Shown piece by piece: positions 12,926-32,842 of a DNA stretch of 64,000 nt. The stretch is from Octopus vulgaris. Lineage: Eukaryota. The number at the start of each line of letters is the position of its first letter. Position 1 is the stretch's first letter. The stretch covers positions 79,732,001-79,796,000 of the forward strand of contig OX597830.1 in assembly GCA_951406725.2 (NCBI GenBank), in the 5' to 3' direction. The notes beneath the pieces were generated by a model. It saw only the letters and a program-made list of their open reading frames with translations. It had not been told where the DNA came from and did no database searches. A program made the position numbers and the translations under genes.

Positions 12926-14129
12926 ACGCTCATACACAGAAGTATGCAGCGACATTCAATATCCTTATTGTCGCTCGTAATTCAAGTACCATGCAGTTTT
13001 GATATACTTATTCGTATTCCATTTGAAATTCTTGTTCACATTCTCATAATTATTCGATGAATCATGTTCTGCTCTATTTTAAACAAACCTACACGTTGTA
13101 TTATTATTTTTACTTCCTAATTCAATGAATAATCACAAATATCTTTGTATAGAAATCAACTTCTGTCTGGGCAAACGATATTTCAGCAAAGAAGCATTAA
13201 ACTATATTCACGATAAATGCAGGATAAAACAATGATAATCTTGGCAGCGTTTTCTGGAAGTTGAATGTAGTCTTCGAAGAAGGCTCAAAAGTACTTCTTA
13301 ATTTTGGTGATGCATGACCTGTAGGAGCGTAGATATTTCCATCTTGTTATTGGGTATGTAAGGGAATATTAGGGTGTGGATTTAGCTATAAGCATTTAAA
13401 TACTATGATACATTGGTTGTTAGCTGCAAAGTGAAACAAGGATGACAAATATCAAAATAGGTTTTGACATGTAAATACATAAATAAAACACACACACATA
13501 CACAAAGAAGCACGCACTCACACATGTGCACATTCTCTCACGCATAAAACCACGTTCAGTCTCCTTTATCTCTCTCGGAATTCATGTACCACGCAGATTT
13601 ATTTAATTTGTTTGTATTCGATTTGAAATGTTTGTTGAAATTCTCATAAATACCCTGCCCTATTTTAAACATACCCAGGCGTTGCCATGTAACATCAACC
13701 CGTAGCAACGAGAAATGCAGCAACAAAATCATTAGCAATTAAGTTTAGGTTGAACCTATTTTCATACGTATACACGTACTTGCCGTGCTCCCTATCTACC
13801 TGCCTATATACATACACACACGCAAATGCATACATACACACATACATGCATACATGCATACATAGATACATACATATTACATGCATTCATACATACATAA
13901 ATACCTACCTACATGCACATATGCATGCATACATACATGCATATATATGTATACACTTTGTGTGTGTGTGTGTTCGTCTTTGTGTGTCTAAGCGACCTTC
14001 GATTTGGGTATATGTGTATATTTGTATAGATCTATCTTTTTCTCCCTGAAACAATATATATATATATATATATACTAGCTGAAGGTGACCCGCTCTACGC
14101 GCGGGTAAGAGTGTGGTTGTTACTTTCTG

Positions 14130-14452
14130 TTGCTTCCTTTCAGCACGTAAAAAGCACCATCCGAACGTGGCCGATTGCAGCGCCGCCTTGACTGGCTTCT
14201 GTGCCAGTGGCACGTAAAAAGCGCCAACCGATCGTTGCCGCTCCAAGCCCACCTGGCACCTGTGCCGGAAGCACGAAAAAGCACCCACTACACTCACAGA
14301 GTGGTTGGCGTTAAAAAGGTCATCCACCTGTAGAAACACTGCCACATCAGACTGGAGCCTGGTGCAGCCTCCTTGCTTCCCAGACCCCGGTCAAACTGTC
14401 CAACCCGTGCTAGCACGGAAAACGGACGTTAAACGATGATGATGATGATGAT
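14130..14452 (+). mobile_element. 5'-truncated retroposon (SINE/RTE-type 3' end) nested in the Helitron
   Basis: GC-richer block with three GCACGTAAAAAGC-like subrepeats, ending ggacgttaaac followed by a (GAT)n tail; present in all four Helitron copies. Confidence 0.65.
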
Positions 14453-15205
14453 TCTCCGCTCTTTGTTTCTCTCTCCTTTCTTTCTCACTTTCCCTCTCTC
14501 TTACTTTTCTTTTCTCTCGGACTCTCCTCGCTTTCTCTTACTCTCTATCTTTATCTATCTCTCTCCCATTTATAAACAACAAAAGATCTTGAGTAAGTTG
14601 AGAAATAAAATATTTAGAAAGATCAATCATAAATATCAGGCAGTGGCAACGGAAAGGTCTGCTTCAAGGCAGACAGCAAAACGCTAACATTTAAAAGGGA
14701 CAGACGAACTTGCGAGCTGAATAAAAATAATAAAATATTGGAAAGCAAAGTTTGAAGGGATAGAATCTGAGGATAGTAGAGTCACCATGGCTGGCATTTC
14801 TTAACGACGGACAGCAACGTATTGACAGTTTAACGGCTGGCGTAAAATTTTGAACTTGATGTAAAAGAAAATTCGTAAACACCAACTGGTTCTTTCTCAC
14901 GACAGTAGACTCACCATGGCAAGCATTCCAAACCTCTTCATCATGGACGGCAACACATTGAAGATTAAAAGGCTGGCGCAATTTTTTTAGCTTGCTGTAA
15001 CAGAGAATTCCTAAACACTCGCTCCTTTAAATTTTAATCCCCTTCCAGCCCCATTTATACACCTTTTCACATTTTGGTTAATATAACCCGATTTCATTCG
15101 GGTCTACTGGGGCAACATTTTATAAGATGAGGAATTTTGTCCTAGAGGTCCCGCCTTTCATTTGAGTAAAAAATAGTTGTCATGCAAACTTGCCAGCACT
15201 TTTAA

Positions 15206-16293
15206 CCCTTTCATTACCAAACCGCCCAAAGCCGCCCGAAAAAAATTTTGGTTAATGTGACCACACCGCCCAAACCCGCCCGTATTTACCTATTTATATT
15301 TAAATGAGAATATCAGAGCAAATCTCTTTATTACATTCGTGAAAACACGTGATTATACTTCGTAAACAGTTCATCTACAGTTTTGTACAACGATCGAAGT
15401 GTAATTTTAATTCCGTGAATTTTGGGAGATTTTTTTCCGAAATTTGTTTCTATTGTGATTTCAAAATTTGTAATTCTGACAGAAAATGGATACGAATTTC
15501 ATCATATCAAGCAGCGAGTCAGAATTCGAAGGATTTTCTACTGAAGACCTTGATAAATTTAACTCTATGACTGAAAAAAAAACAGGACGTGGTATTTGAT
15601 AATGGATCGGATGTTTCATTTTCCGAAAGTGAAAACAGTGAATCCGAGAGCTCCGACAGCGATAAAGAAAATGAATTGGCACCTGAATGGAGTGAAAATT
15701 GAAAAACTGTTTCTTTCGGTGATTTTTCTGAAGAAACTGGACCAAGCCACAGACTTTCCCAGGAGAGTAAAGCCTTAGACTATTTCTTTTTACTTTTTCG
15801 AATGAACCTATTTGAAATCATTACGGCGGAAACGAACCGTTACGCTAAATGTAAACAAAGCGAAAGAAAGGATAGTTAGTGGTTTCCCACAACCTTAAAT
15901 GAAATTAAGACTATTTTGCCATAAATATTATTATGGGTATCAGAAAGTTACCCAGAATAACAAATTCTATCGTAAAATTTTGTTGTATACCCAATTGAAT
16001 ATTAGCTAATAACTCATTTTCTATAGCGATGTTTGAACAAAATTTTGATAATTTTATATTTTGTTGAATTTACCTGTTTCTACCTGTAATTAGAGTCACT
16101 TTGTGACAAAAATCGTAGTATAGGATTTTTTGAGAACATTTCATTAAATTATCTTCCAAAAATCACATTAAAATATTGATAAATAAAAATGTTATAGTTG
16201 TTTAATGAAACCAAACTAAATTTATGATTACGTTAGAACTTACTTGAAACACATAAGGGGTGTATTTTGGTCAGAAATATAGTATCGAAAGGG
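15206..16293 (+). mobile_element. Internally deleted piggyBac element, copy 1 (others 21694-22781, 28222-29309, 35137-36225)
   Basis: TTAA|CCCTTTCATTAC ... GTATCGAAAGGG|TTCA: imperfect TIRs with CCC/GGG ends and a TTAA-like TSD; 1088-1089 bp in each copy. Confidence 0.8.
15486..15965 (+). pseudogene. piggyBac (PGBD4-like, DDE_Tnp_1_7) transposase N-terminal remnant
   Basis: Manual translation across frameshifts: acidic N-terminus MDTNFIISSSESEFEGFS..., then ALDYFFLLFRMNLFEIITAETNRYA...*WFPTTLNEIK/YFAINIIMGIRKLPRI. Two stops, two frameshifts, catalytic core deleted. Confidence 0.8.
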
Positions 16294-16351
16294 TTCATAG
16301 GTGTGCATATTTTCAGCTGAACCGACCGACCATATAATGCACACTTTATAC

Positions 16352-16396
<45 letters not shown>

Positions 16397-17115
16397 TGTG
16401 TGTGTGTGTGCACGCATTATATTTACAAATTATATATATATATGTATAAATTAAATTTGAGAAAAAAACCACTAAGAGGCAAAAAAACAAAAACAAAAAC
16501 ATAAAAATTAAAATATTATATAGAAAATATAGAATATTTAAAAATTTCATTTATTTAAATTTAGAATAAAAATTATTAAATTATATTTATAATTTGTTTA
16601 AAAATATATATAACTATCAAAATGTATTAAAAAGTTTAATATACATAAATACAGTTATATACACTTTGTATATTTACATTATATATACATATTTATATAT
16701 CGAACACACACACACACATATATAAATGAACGCAATGAATATCTGATTCATAATATTTGTTCTCATGATTGTGTGTTGTTGGTGGCAATGATAATACTCC
16801 CTATGAATGCAGGCAGATAGATCAAAGAACGCCGTCTGACGAACTTATAAAGGAAAAGTGAAAGGGAGTTGAAGGGAATACATTAAATAACGGGAGTGGA
16901 ATTGTCAAAGTTATACAATGAAGGGGAGTAAAAGGGGAATGGAGGAAATAGCGTGAGTGAGAAAGATGGCCCCTAGCAACCACACCTTTCAAGATAGGGA
17001 TTTCTAACGTCGCCCACAGGCATCGTCACCTCATTCTACATGTCCCTGTAAATTTTAGAGCGAATCGGACGGGACGTTGTGGCATTGAAAGCGAGCCAAA
17101 CGGTAAAAATGCATT

Positions 17116-17193
<78 letters not shown>

Positions 17194-17966
17194 CGTGTTA
17201 CCATTTAGTCCTTTTGCAACATTGAAATAGACCTTCCGGTACTTATGCCCTGTATGATCATACCCTACTATTATTCATATATTCGGGTATATTTCTATTT
17301 ATATTTATTTTCCAACTGCTAATGCTCTCTGTCAATCAATTCGCAGACTGACCATTTCCAAAGACACCCATCTTCATATCTGTCTTACATCCCCCTCCCT
17401 CTCTTCTGAACTTTCTTTCTCACCATCTTTCTTTCCTTTCTCTCCTCTATTGTTTTGAGGAGTATTTATTCTCCCTTTATCATTTCACTTAAATATAATT
17501 TCAAACTATTTCCTTTACTTTTCACAGACTGACCATTTCCAAAGATAAACTTTTTATAGTCCTCTTCCTTCCCCCTCCCTCTTTCATGTGCTTTCTCCTT
17601 CTCACCACGCTTACTTTCTCTCTCTCGTCTACTTTATGTTTTGGCGAGTATTTATTTATTTATTTATTTATTATTTGTGTCTTTACTATTTCTCTTAACA
17701 TGATTTTATTTTTAAATATTTTTCTCCTTTTACTCTTTTACTCTCTTACTTGTGTCAGTCATTTGACTGCTGCCATGCTGGAGCACTGCCTTTAGTCGAG
17801 CAAATCGACACCAGGACTTATTGTTTGTAAGCCTAGTACTTATTCTATCGGGGCCTTTTGCCGAACCGCTAAGTTACGGGGACGTAAACACACCAGCATC
17901 GGTTGTCAAGCGATGTTGGGGGGACGAACACGGACACGCAAACATATACACAAACACATACATATG

Positions 17967-18010
<44 letters not shown>

Positions 18011-18408
18011 CATACGACAGGCTTCTTTCATTTTCCGTCTACCAAATCCACTGACAAGGCATTGGTCAGCCCGAGGCTATAGAAAACACTTGCCCAACGC
18101 GACACACAGTGGGACTGAACCCGGAACCATGTGGTTCGTAAGCAAGCTACTTACCACACAGCCAATCCTACGCCTATTTTGTTTAATTTTTATTCAGTTT
18201 TCCACTTCAGTCCTTCTCATCTTTCATTCTTTCTTTTTATAATTACAATATTGTCGTTTTCTCTCTCACATTTTTCTTTCTTTCTTCGTCTCCCTTTATC
18301 TTTCTCTGATCATATCTTTTTCATCCTTCCCTCTCAAAATTCTTATAAAATCTCGCGCCATCTGCCCAACTCAACACATTAGGCGTATATAACGTGATGC
18401 AGTAAGAT

Positions 18409-18504
18409 GTTCCCTGATGATCCGTTGTTGTTAAGAATCCATTCCACTTGAAACATCCAATGCAGTGTCGCAAAGAACTAGAATAGTGAAACGTACGTTG
18501 GAAC
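18409..18504 (+). ncRNA. Hammerhead-like motif, unit 2
   Basis: Same sequence as 11991-12086. Confidence 0.55.
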
Positions 18505-19341
18505 GAACAATCTAGCCTTGAGTTTATCGGAATTTGTCATGCATATATATGCGTGTGTGTGTGTGTTCGTGCAGGCGTAAATGTATTCGTAAATATTGAC
18601 ATACAGACTTAACATCGATAATTATTGTTAAGATATTGCTCAAAAATACGTTTTATCGCTGTCGAGCCTGTTGAGGGTGAGAGAGATGAGTAACAGGAAA
18701 AGATAATTAACGGAATTATAATTGTTGGAAGCTGTAGCGACACGGTATACAATGTTTTGATTAGCAGATATTTCTAATTAAATGAAAGTCTCCGCCACAT
18801 CACATCGCAGTTCGAAGGCAAAGCATTTGAAATCCAAAAACGAGAGATTGATAGGAAATAATTAATAAGCGAAAGATACGTGAAGCCCTAGCAGTCTGAA
18901 AACATTTTAGGGGTTACTGATTGCATGGGACATATTTTCAGTTAAACTTAGAAACTTTTCTTTACAACCTTGATAATATGTAGCTGCCTGGTCAATATTG
19001 AAAAGAGAAAGCAAATCTTTACATAGATATATACATACAAACATACACACATAAATACCTACGTACATATACATACATACGTACATATACATACAAACAT
19101 ACATACATACATACATACATACATACATACATACATACATACATACATACATACATACATACATACATACATACATGTATGCATGCATGCATATATAATT
19201 AAACTGCCCTGGTTGCTAGCTGTAAGGTGAAACAAGGAAGGATGTGTAGGATTACAGGATTTGAGAGGTAAATATATCAATCAGACACACAAACACTCAC
19301 ATACATACACACATACACACACACACATACACACACACACA

Positions 19342-19402
<61 letters not shown>

Positions 19403-20568
19403 ACGCTCATACACAGAAGTATGCAGCGACATTTAATATCCTTATTGTCGCCCGTAATTCAAGTACCATGCAGTTTTGATATAGTTCTTCGTATTCCATT
19501 TGAGATTCTTGCTCACATTCTCATAATTAATCGATGAATCATGTTCTGCTCTATTTTAAACAAACCTACACGTTGTATTATTATTTTTACTTCCTAATTC
19601 AATGAATAATCACAAATATCTTTGTATAGAAATCAACTTCTGTCTGGGCAAACGATATTTCAGCAAAGAAGCATTAAACTATATTCACGATAAATGCAGG
19701 ATAAAACAATGATAATCTTGGCAGCGTTTTCTGGAAGTTGAATGTAGTCTTCGAAGAAGGCTCAAAAGTACTCCTTAATTTTGGTGATGCATGACCTGTA
19801 GGAGCGCAGATATTTCCATCTTGTTATTGGGTATGTAAGGGAATATTAGGGTGTGGATTTAGCTATATGCATTTAAAATCCTTTTCAATTTAATACTATG
19901 ATACATTGGTTGTTAGCTGCAAAGTGAAACAAGGATGACAAATATCATAATAGGTTTTGACATGTAAATACATAAATAACACACACACACATACACAAAG
20001 AGGCACGCACTCACACATGTGCACATTCTCTCACGCATAAAACCACGTTCAGTCTCCTTTATCTCTCTCGGAATTCATGTACCACGCAGATTTATTTAAT
20101 TTGTTTGTATTCGATTTGAAATGTTTGTTGAAATTCTCATAAATACCCTGCCCTATTTTAAACATACCCAGGCGTTGCCATGTAACATCAACCCTTAGGA
20201 ACGAGAAATGCAGCAACAAAATCATTAGCAATTAAGTTTAGGTTGAACCTATTTTCATACGTATACACGTACTTGCCGTGCTCCCTATCTACCTGCCTAT
20301 ATACATACACACACGTATATGCATACATACACACATACATGCATGCATGCATACATAGATACATACATATTACATGCATTCATACATACATAAATAACTA
20401 CCTACATGCACACATGCATGCATACATACATGCATATATATGTATACACTTTATTTTGTGTGTGTTCGTCTTTGGGTGTCTAAGCGACCTTCGATTTGGG
20501 TATATGTGTATATTTGTATAGATCTATCTTTTTCTCCCTGAAACAATATATATATATATATATATATA

Positions 20569-23729
<3,161 letters not shown>

Positions 23730-24519
23730 CGTGTTACCATTTAGTCCTTTTGCAACATTGAAATAGACCTTCCGGTACTTATGCCCTGTATGATCATTCC
23801 TTACTATTATGCATATATTCGGGTATAATTCTATTTATATTTATTTTCCAGCTGCTAATGCACTCTGTCAATCAATTCACAGACTGACCATTTCCAAAGA
23901 CACCCATCTTCATATCTGTCTTACATCCCCTCCCTCTCTTCTGTACTTTCTTTCTCACCATCTTTCTTTCCTTTCTCTCCTCTATTGTTTTGAGGAGTAT
24001 TTATTCTCCCTTTATCATTTCACTTAAATATAATTTCAAACTATTTCCTTTACTTTTCACAGACTGACCATTTCCAAACATAGACTTTTTATAGTCCTCT
24101 TCCTTCCCCCTCCCTCTTTCATGTGCTTTCTCCTTCTCACCACGCTTACTTTCTGTCTCTCGTCTACTTTATGTCTTGGCGAGTATTTATTTATTTATTT
24201 ATTTATTTATTTATTGTTTGTGTCTTTACTATTTCTCTTAACATGATTTTATTTTAAAATATTTTACTCTTTTTACTCTTTTACTCTCTTACTTGTTTCA
24301 GTCATTTGACTGCTGCCATGCTGGAGCACAGCCTTTAGTCGAGCAAATCGACACCAGGACTTATTCTTTGTAAGCCTAGTACTTATTCTATCGGGGTCTT
24401 TTGAAGAACCGCTAAGTTACGGGGACGTAAACACACCAGCATCGGTTGTCAAGCGATGTTGGGAGGACGAACACGGACACGCAAACATATACACAAACAC
24501 ATACATATGTATGTATATA

Positions 24520-24561
<42 letters not shown>

Positions 24562-24959
24562 CATACGACAGGCTTCTTTCATTTTCCGTCTACCAAATCC
24601 ACTGACAAGGCATTGGTCAGCCCGAGGCTATAGAAAACGCTTGCCCAACGCGACACACAGTGGGACTGAACCCGGAACCATGTGGTTCGTAAGCAAGCTA
24701 CTTACCACACAGCCAATCCTACGCCTAGTTTGTTTAATTTTTATTCAGTTTTCCACTTCAGTCCTTCTCATCTTTCATTCTTTCTTTTTATAATTACAAT
24801 ATTGTTGTTTTCTCTCTCACATTTTTCTTTCTTTCTTCGTCTCCCTTTATCTTTCTCTGATCATATCTTTTTCATCCTTCCCTCTCAAAATTCTTATAAA
24901 ATCTCGCGCCATCTGCCCAACTCAACACATTAGGCGTATATAACGTAATGCAGTAAGAT

Positions 24960-25055
24960 GTTCCCTGATGATCCGTTGTTGTTAAGAATCCATTCCACTT
25001 GAAACATCCAATGCAGTGTCGCAAAGAACTAGAATAGTGAAACGTACGTTGGAAC
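24960..25055 (+). ncRNA. Hammerhead-like motif, unit 3
   Basis: Same sequence as 11991-12086. Confidence 0.55.
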
Positions 25056-25831
25056 GAACTATCTAGCCTTGAGTTTATCGGAATTTGTCATGCATATATA
25101 TGCGTGTGTGTGTGTGTTCGTGCAGGCGTAAATGTATTCGTAAATATTGACATACAGATTTAACATCGATAATTATTGTTAAGATATTGCTCAAACATAC
25201 GTTTTATCGCTGTCGAGCCTGTTGAGGGTGAGAGAGATGAGTAACAGGAAAAGATAATTAACGGAATTATAATTGTTGGAAGCTGTAGCGACACGGTATA
25301 CAATGTTTTGATTAGCAGATATTTCTAATTAAATGAAAGTCTCCGCCACATCACATCGCAATTCGAAGGCAAAGCATTTGAAATCCAAAAACGAGAGATT
25401 GATAGGAAATAATTAATAAGCGAAAGATAGAGTGAAGCCCTAGCAGTCTGAAAACATTTTAGGGGTTACTGATTGCATGGGACATATTTTCAGTTAAACT
25501 TAGAAACTTTTCTTTACAACCTTGATAATATGTAGCTGCCTGGTCAATATTGAAAAGAGACAGCAAATCTTTACATAGATATATACATACAAACATACAC
25601 ACATAAATACCTACGTACATATACATACATACGTACATATACATACAAACATACATACATACATACATACATACATACATACATACATACATACATACAT
25701 GTATGCATGCATGCATATATAATTAAACTGCCCTGGTTGCTAGCTGTAAGGTGAAACAAGGAAGGATGTGTAGGATTACAGGATTTGAGAGGTAAATATA
25801 TCAATCAGACACACAAACGCTCACATACATA

Positions 25832-25930
<99 letters not shown>

Positions 25931-27098
25931 ACGCTCATACACAGAAGTATGCAGCGACATTTAATATCCTTATTGTCGCCCGTAATTCAAGTACCATGCA
26001 GTTTTGATATAGTTCTTTGTATTCCATTTGAGATTCTTGCTCACATTCTCATAATTAATCGGTGAATCATGTTCTGCTCTATTTTAAACAAACCTACACG
26101 TTGTATTATTATTTTTACTTCCTAATTCAATGAATAATCACAAATATCTTTGTATAGAAATCAACTTCTGTCTGGGCAAACGATATTACAGCAAAGAAAC
26201 ATTGAACTATATTCACGATAAATGCAGGATAAAACAATAATAATCTTGGCAGCGTTTTCTGGAAGTTGAATGTAGTCTTCGAAGAAGGCTCAAAAGTACT
26301 CCTTAATTTTGATGATGCATGACCTGTAGGAGCGCAGATATTTCCATCTTGTTATTGGGTATGTAAGGGAATATTAGGGTGTGGATTTAGCTATATGCAT
26401 TTAAAATCCTTTTCAATTTAATACTATGATACATTGGTTGTTAGCTGCAAAGTGAAAAAAGGATGACAAATATCATAAAAGGTTTTGACATGTAAATACA
26501 TAAATAACACACACACACATACACATACAGGCACGCACTCACACATGTGCACATTCTCTCACGCATAAAACCACGTTCAGTCTCCTTTATCTCTCTCGGA
26601 ATTCATGTACCACGCAGATTTATTTAATTTGTTTGTATTCGATTTGAAATGTTTGTTGAAATTCTCATAAATACCCTGCCCTATTTTAAACATACCCAGG
26701 CGTTGCCATGTAACATCAACCCTTAGGAACGAGAAATGCAGCAACAAAATCATTAGCAATTAAGTTTAGGTTGAACCTATTTTCATAGGTATACACGTAC
26801 TTGCCGTGCTCCCTATCTACCTGCCTATATACATACACACACGTATATGCATACATACACACATACATGCATGCATGCATACATAGATACATACATATTA
26901 CATGCATTCATACATACATAAATAACTACCTACATGCACACATGCATGCATACATACATGCATATATATGTATACACTTTATTTTGTGTGTGTTCGTCTT
27001 TGGGTGTCTAAGCGACCTTCGATTTGGGTATATGTGTATATTTGTATAGATCTATCTTTTTCTCCCTGAAACAATATATATATATATATATATATATA

Positions 27099-30276
<3,178 letters not shown>

Positions 30277-31056
30277 TTACGTGTTACCATTTAGTCCTTT
30301 TGCAACATTAAAATAGGATTCCGGTACTTATGCCCTGTATGATCATACCCTACAATTATTCATATATTCGGGTATATTTCTATTTATATTTATTTTCCAA
30401 CTGCTAATGCTCTCTGTCAATCAATTCGCAGACTGACCATTTCCAAAGACACCCATCTTCATATCTGTCTTACATCCCCCTCCCTCTCTTCTGAACTTTC
30501 TTTCTCATCATCTTTCTTTCCTTTCTCTCCTCTATTGTTTTGAGGAGTATTTATTCTCCCTTTATCATTTCACTTAAATATAATTTCAAACTGTTTCCTT
30601 TACTTTTCACAGACTGACCATTTCCAAAGATAAACTTTTTATAGTCTTCTTCCTTCCCCCCTCCCTCTTTCATGTGCTTTCTCCTTGTCACCACGCTTAC
30701 TTTCTCTCTCTCGTCTACTTTATGTTTTGGCGAGTATTTATTTATTTATTTATTTATTATTTGTGTCTTTACTATTTCTCTTAACATGATATTATTTTAA
30801 AATATTTTACTCTTTTTACTCTTTTACTCTCTTACTTGTTTCAGTCATTTGACTGCTGCCATGCTGGAGCACAGCCTTTAGTCGAGCAAATCGACACCAG
30901 GACTTATTGTTTGTAAGCCTAGTACTTGTTATAACGGGGTCTTTTGCCGAACCGCTAAGTTACGGGGACGTAAACACACCAGCATCGGTTGTCAAGCGAT
31001 GTTGGGGGGACGAACACGGACACGCAAACATATACACAAACACATACATATGTATG

Positions 31057-32241
31057 TGTTTCACCTTACAGCTAGCAACCAGGGCAGTTTAATTATATAT
31101 GCATGCATGCATACATGTATGTATGTATGTATGTATGTATGTATGTATGTATGTATGTGTATGTATGTTTGTATGTATATGTACGTATGTATGTATATGT
31201 ACGTAGGTATTTATGTGTGTATGTTTGTATGTATATATCTATGTAAAGATTTGCTTTCTCTTTTCAATATTGACCAGGCAGCTACATATTATCAAGGTTG
31301 TAAAGAAAAGTTTCTAAGTTTAACTGAAAATATGTCCCATGCAATCAGTAACCCCTAAAATGTTTTCAGACTGCTAGGGCTTCACTCTATCTTTCGCTTA
31401 TTAATTATTTCCTATCAATCTCTCGTTTTTGCATTTCAAATGCTTTGCTTTCGAACTGCGATGTGATGTGGCGGAGACTTTCATTTAATTAGAAATATCT
31501 GCTAATCAAAACATTGTATACCGTGTCGCTACAGCTTCCAACAATTATAATTCCGTTAATTATCTTTTCCTGTTACTCATCTCTCTCACCCTCAACAGGC
31601 TCGACAGCGATAAAACGTATTTTTGAGCAATATCTTAACAATAATTATCGATGTTAAGTCTGTATGTCAATATTTACGAATACATTTACGCCTGCACGAA
31701 CACACACACAAACGCATATATATGCATGACAAATTCCGATAAACTCAAGGCTAGATTGTTCGTTCCAACGTACGTTTCACTATTCTAGTTCTTTGCGACA
31801 CTGCATTGGATGTTTCAAGTGGAATGGATTCTTAACAACAACGGATCATCAGGGAACATCTTACTGCATCACGTTATATACGCCTAATGTGTTGAGTTGG
31901 GCAGATGGCGCGAGATTTTATAAGAATTTTGAGAGGGAAGGATGAAAAAGATATGATCAGAGAAAGATAAAGGGAGACGAAGAAAGAAAGAAAAATGTGA
32001 GAGAGAAAACGACAATATTGTAATTATAAAAAGAAAGAATGAAAGATGAGAAGGACTGAAGTGGGAAACTGAATAAAAATTAAACAACATAGGCGTAGGA
32101 TTGGCTGTGTGGTAAGTAGCTTGCTTACGAACCACATGGTTCCGGGTTCAGTCCCACTGTGTGTCGCGTTGGGCAAGTGTTTTCTATAGCCTCGGGCTGA
32201 CCAATGCCTTGTCAGTGGATTTGGTAGACGGAAAATGAAAG
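31057..32241 (-). other. Inverted segment within array unit 4
   Basis: Reverse complement of unit sequence (equivalent to ~18024-19233); the ORF track shows the unit ORFs flipped in strand here. Confidence 0.95.
31762..31857 (-). ncRNA. Hammerhead-like motif, unit 4 (inside the inversion)
   Basis: Reverse complement of 11991-12086. Confidence 0.55.
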
Positions 32242-32767
32242 TCTCTGCCACATCACATCGCAATTCGAAGGCAAAGCATTTGAAATCCAAAAACGAGAGA
32301 TTGATAGGAAATAATTAATAAGCGAAAGATAGAGTGAAGCCCTAGCAGTCTGAAAACATTTTAGGGGTTACTGATTGCATGGGACATATTTTCAGTTAAA
32401 CTTAGAAACTTTTCTTTACAACCTTGATAATATGTAGCTGCCTGGTCAATATTGAAAAGAGAAAGCAAATCTTTACATAGATATATACATACAAACATAC
32501 ACACATAAATACCTACGTACATATACATACATACGTACATATACATACAAACATACATACATACATACATACATACATACATACATACATACATACATAC
32601 ATACATGTATGCATGCATGCATATATAATTAAACTGCCCTGGTTGCTAGCTGTAAGGTGAAACAAGGAAGGATGTGTAGGATTACAGGATTTGAGAGGTA
32701 AATATATCAATCAGACACACAAACACTCACATACATACACACATACACACACATACACACACACACA

Positions 32768-32842
<75 letters not shown>

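Larger units (their letters stand above)
14075..17125 (-). mobile_element. Non-autonomous Helitron, copy 1 (~3.05 kb), inserted in (TA)n
   Basis: Minus-strand 3' end ACCCGC gcgtaga GCGGGT cacct TCAG CTAG|T is a GC-rich hairpin 9 nt upstream of CTAG followed by T. No TSD. Absent from the homologous sites at ~10707-10717 and ~40514-40530. The 5' TC is obscured by the (TA)n. Confidence 0.8.

Noticed and set aside
13270-13350. Minus-strand GNIYAPT, resembling an APE endonuclease motif
   Set aside because: Too short, with no neighbouring motifs I could recognise.
15596-15778. Identical 60-aa ORF in all four units (97 aa in unit 4) as a conserved gene family
   Set aside because: It is an alternative frame of the piggyBac remnant; identity reflects recent amplification.
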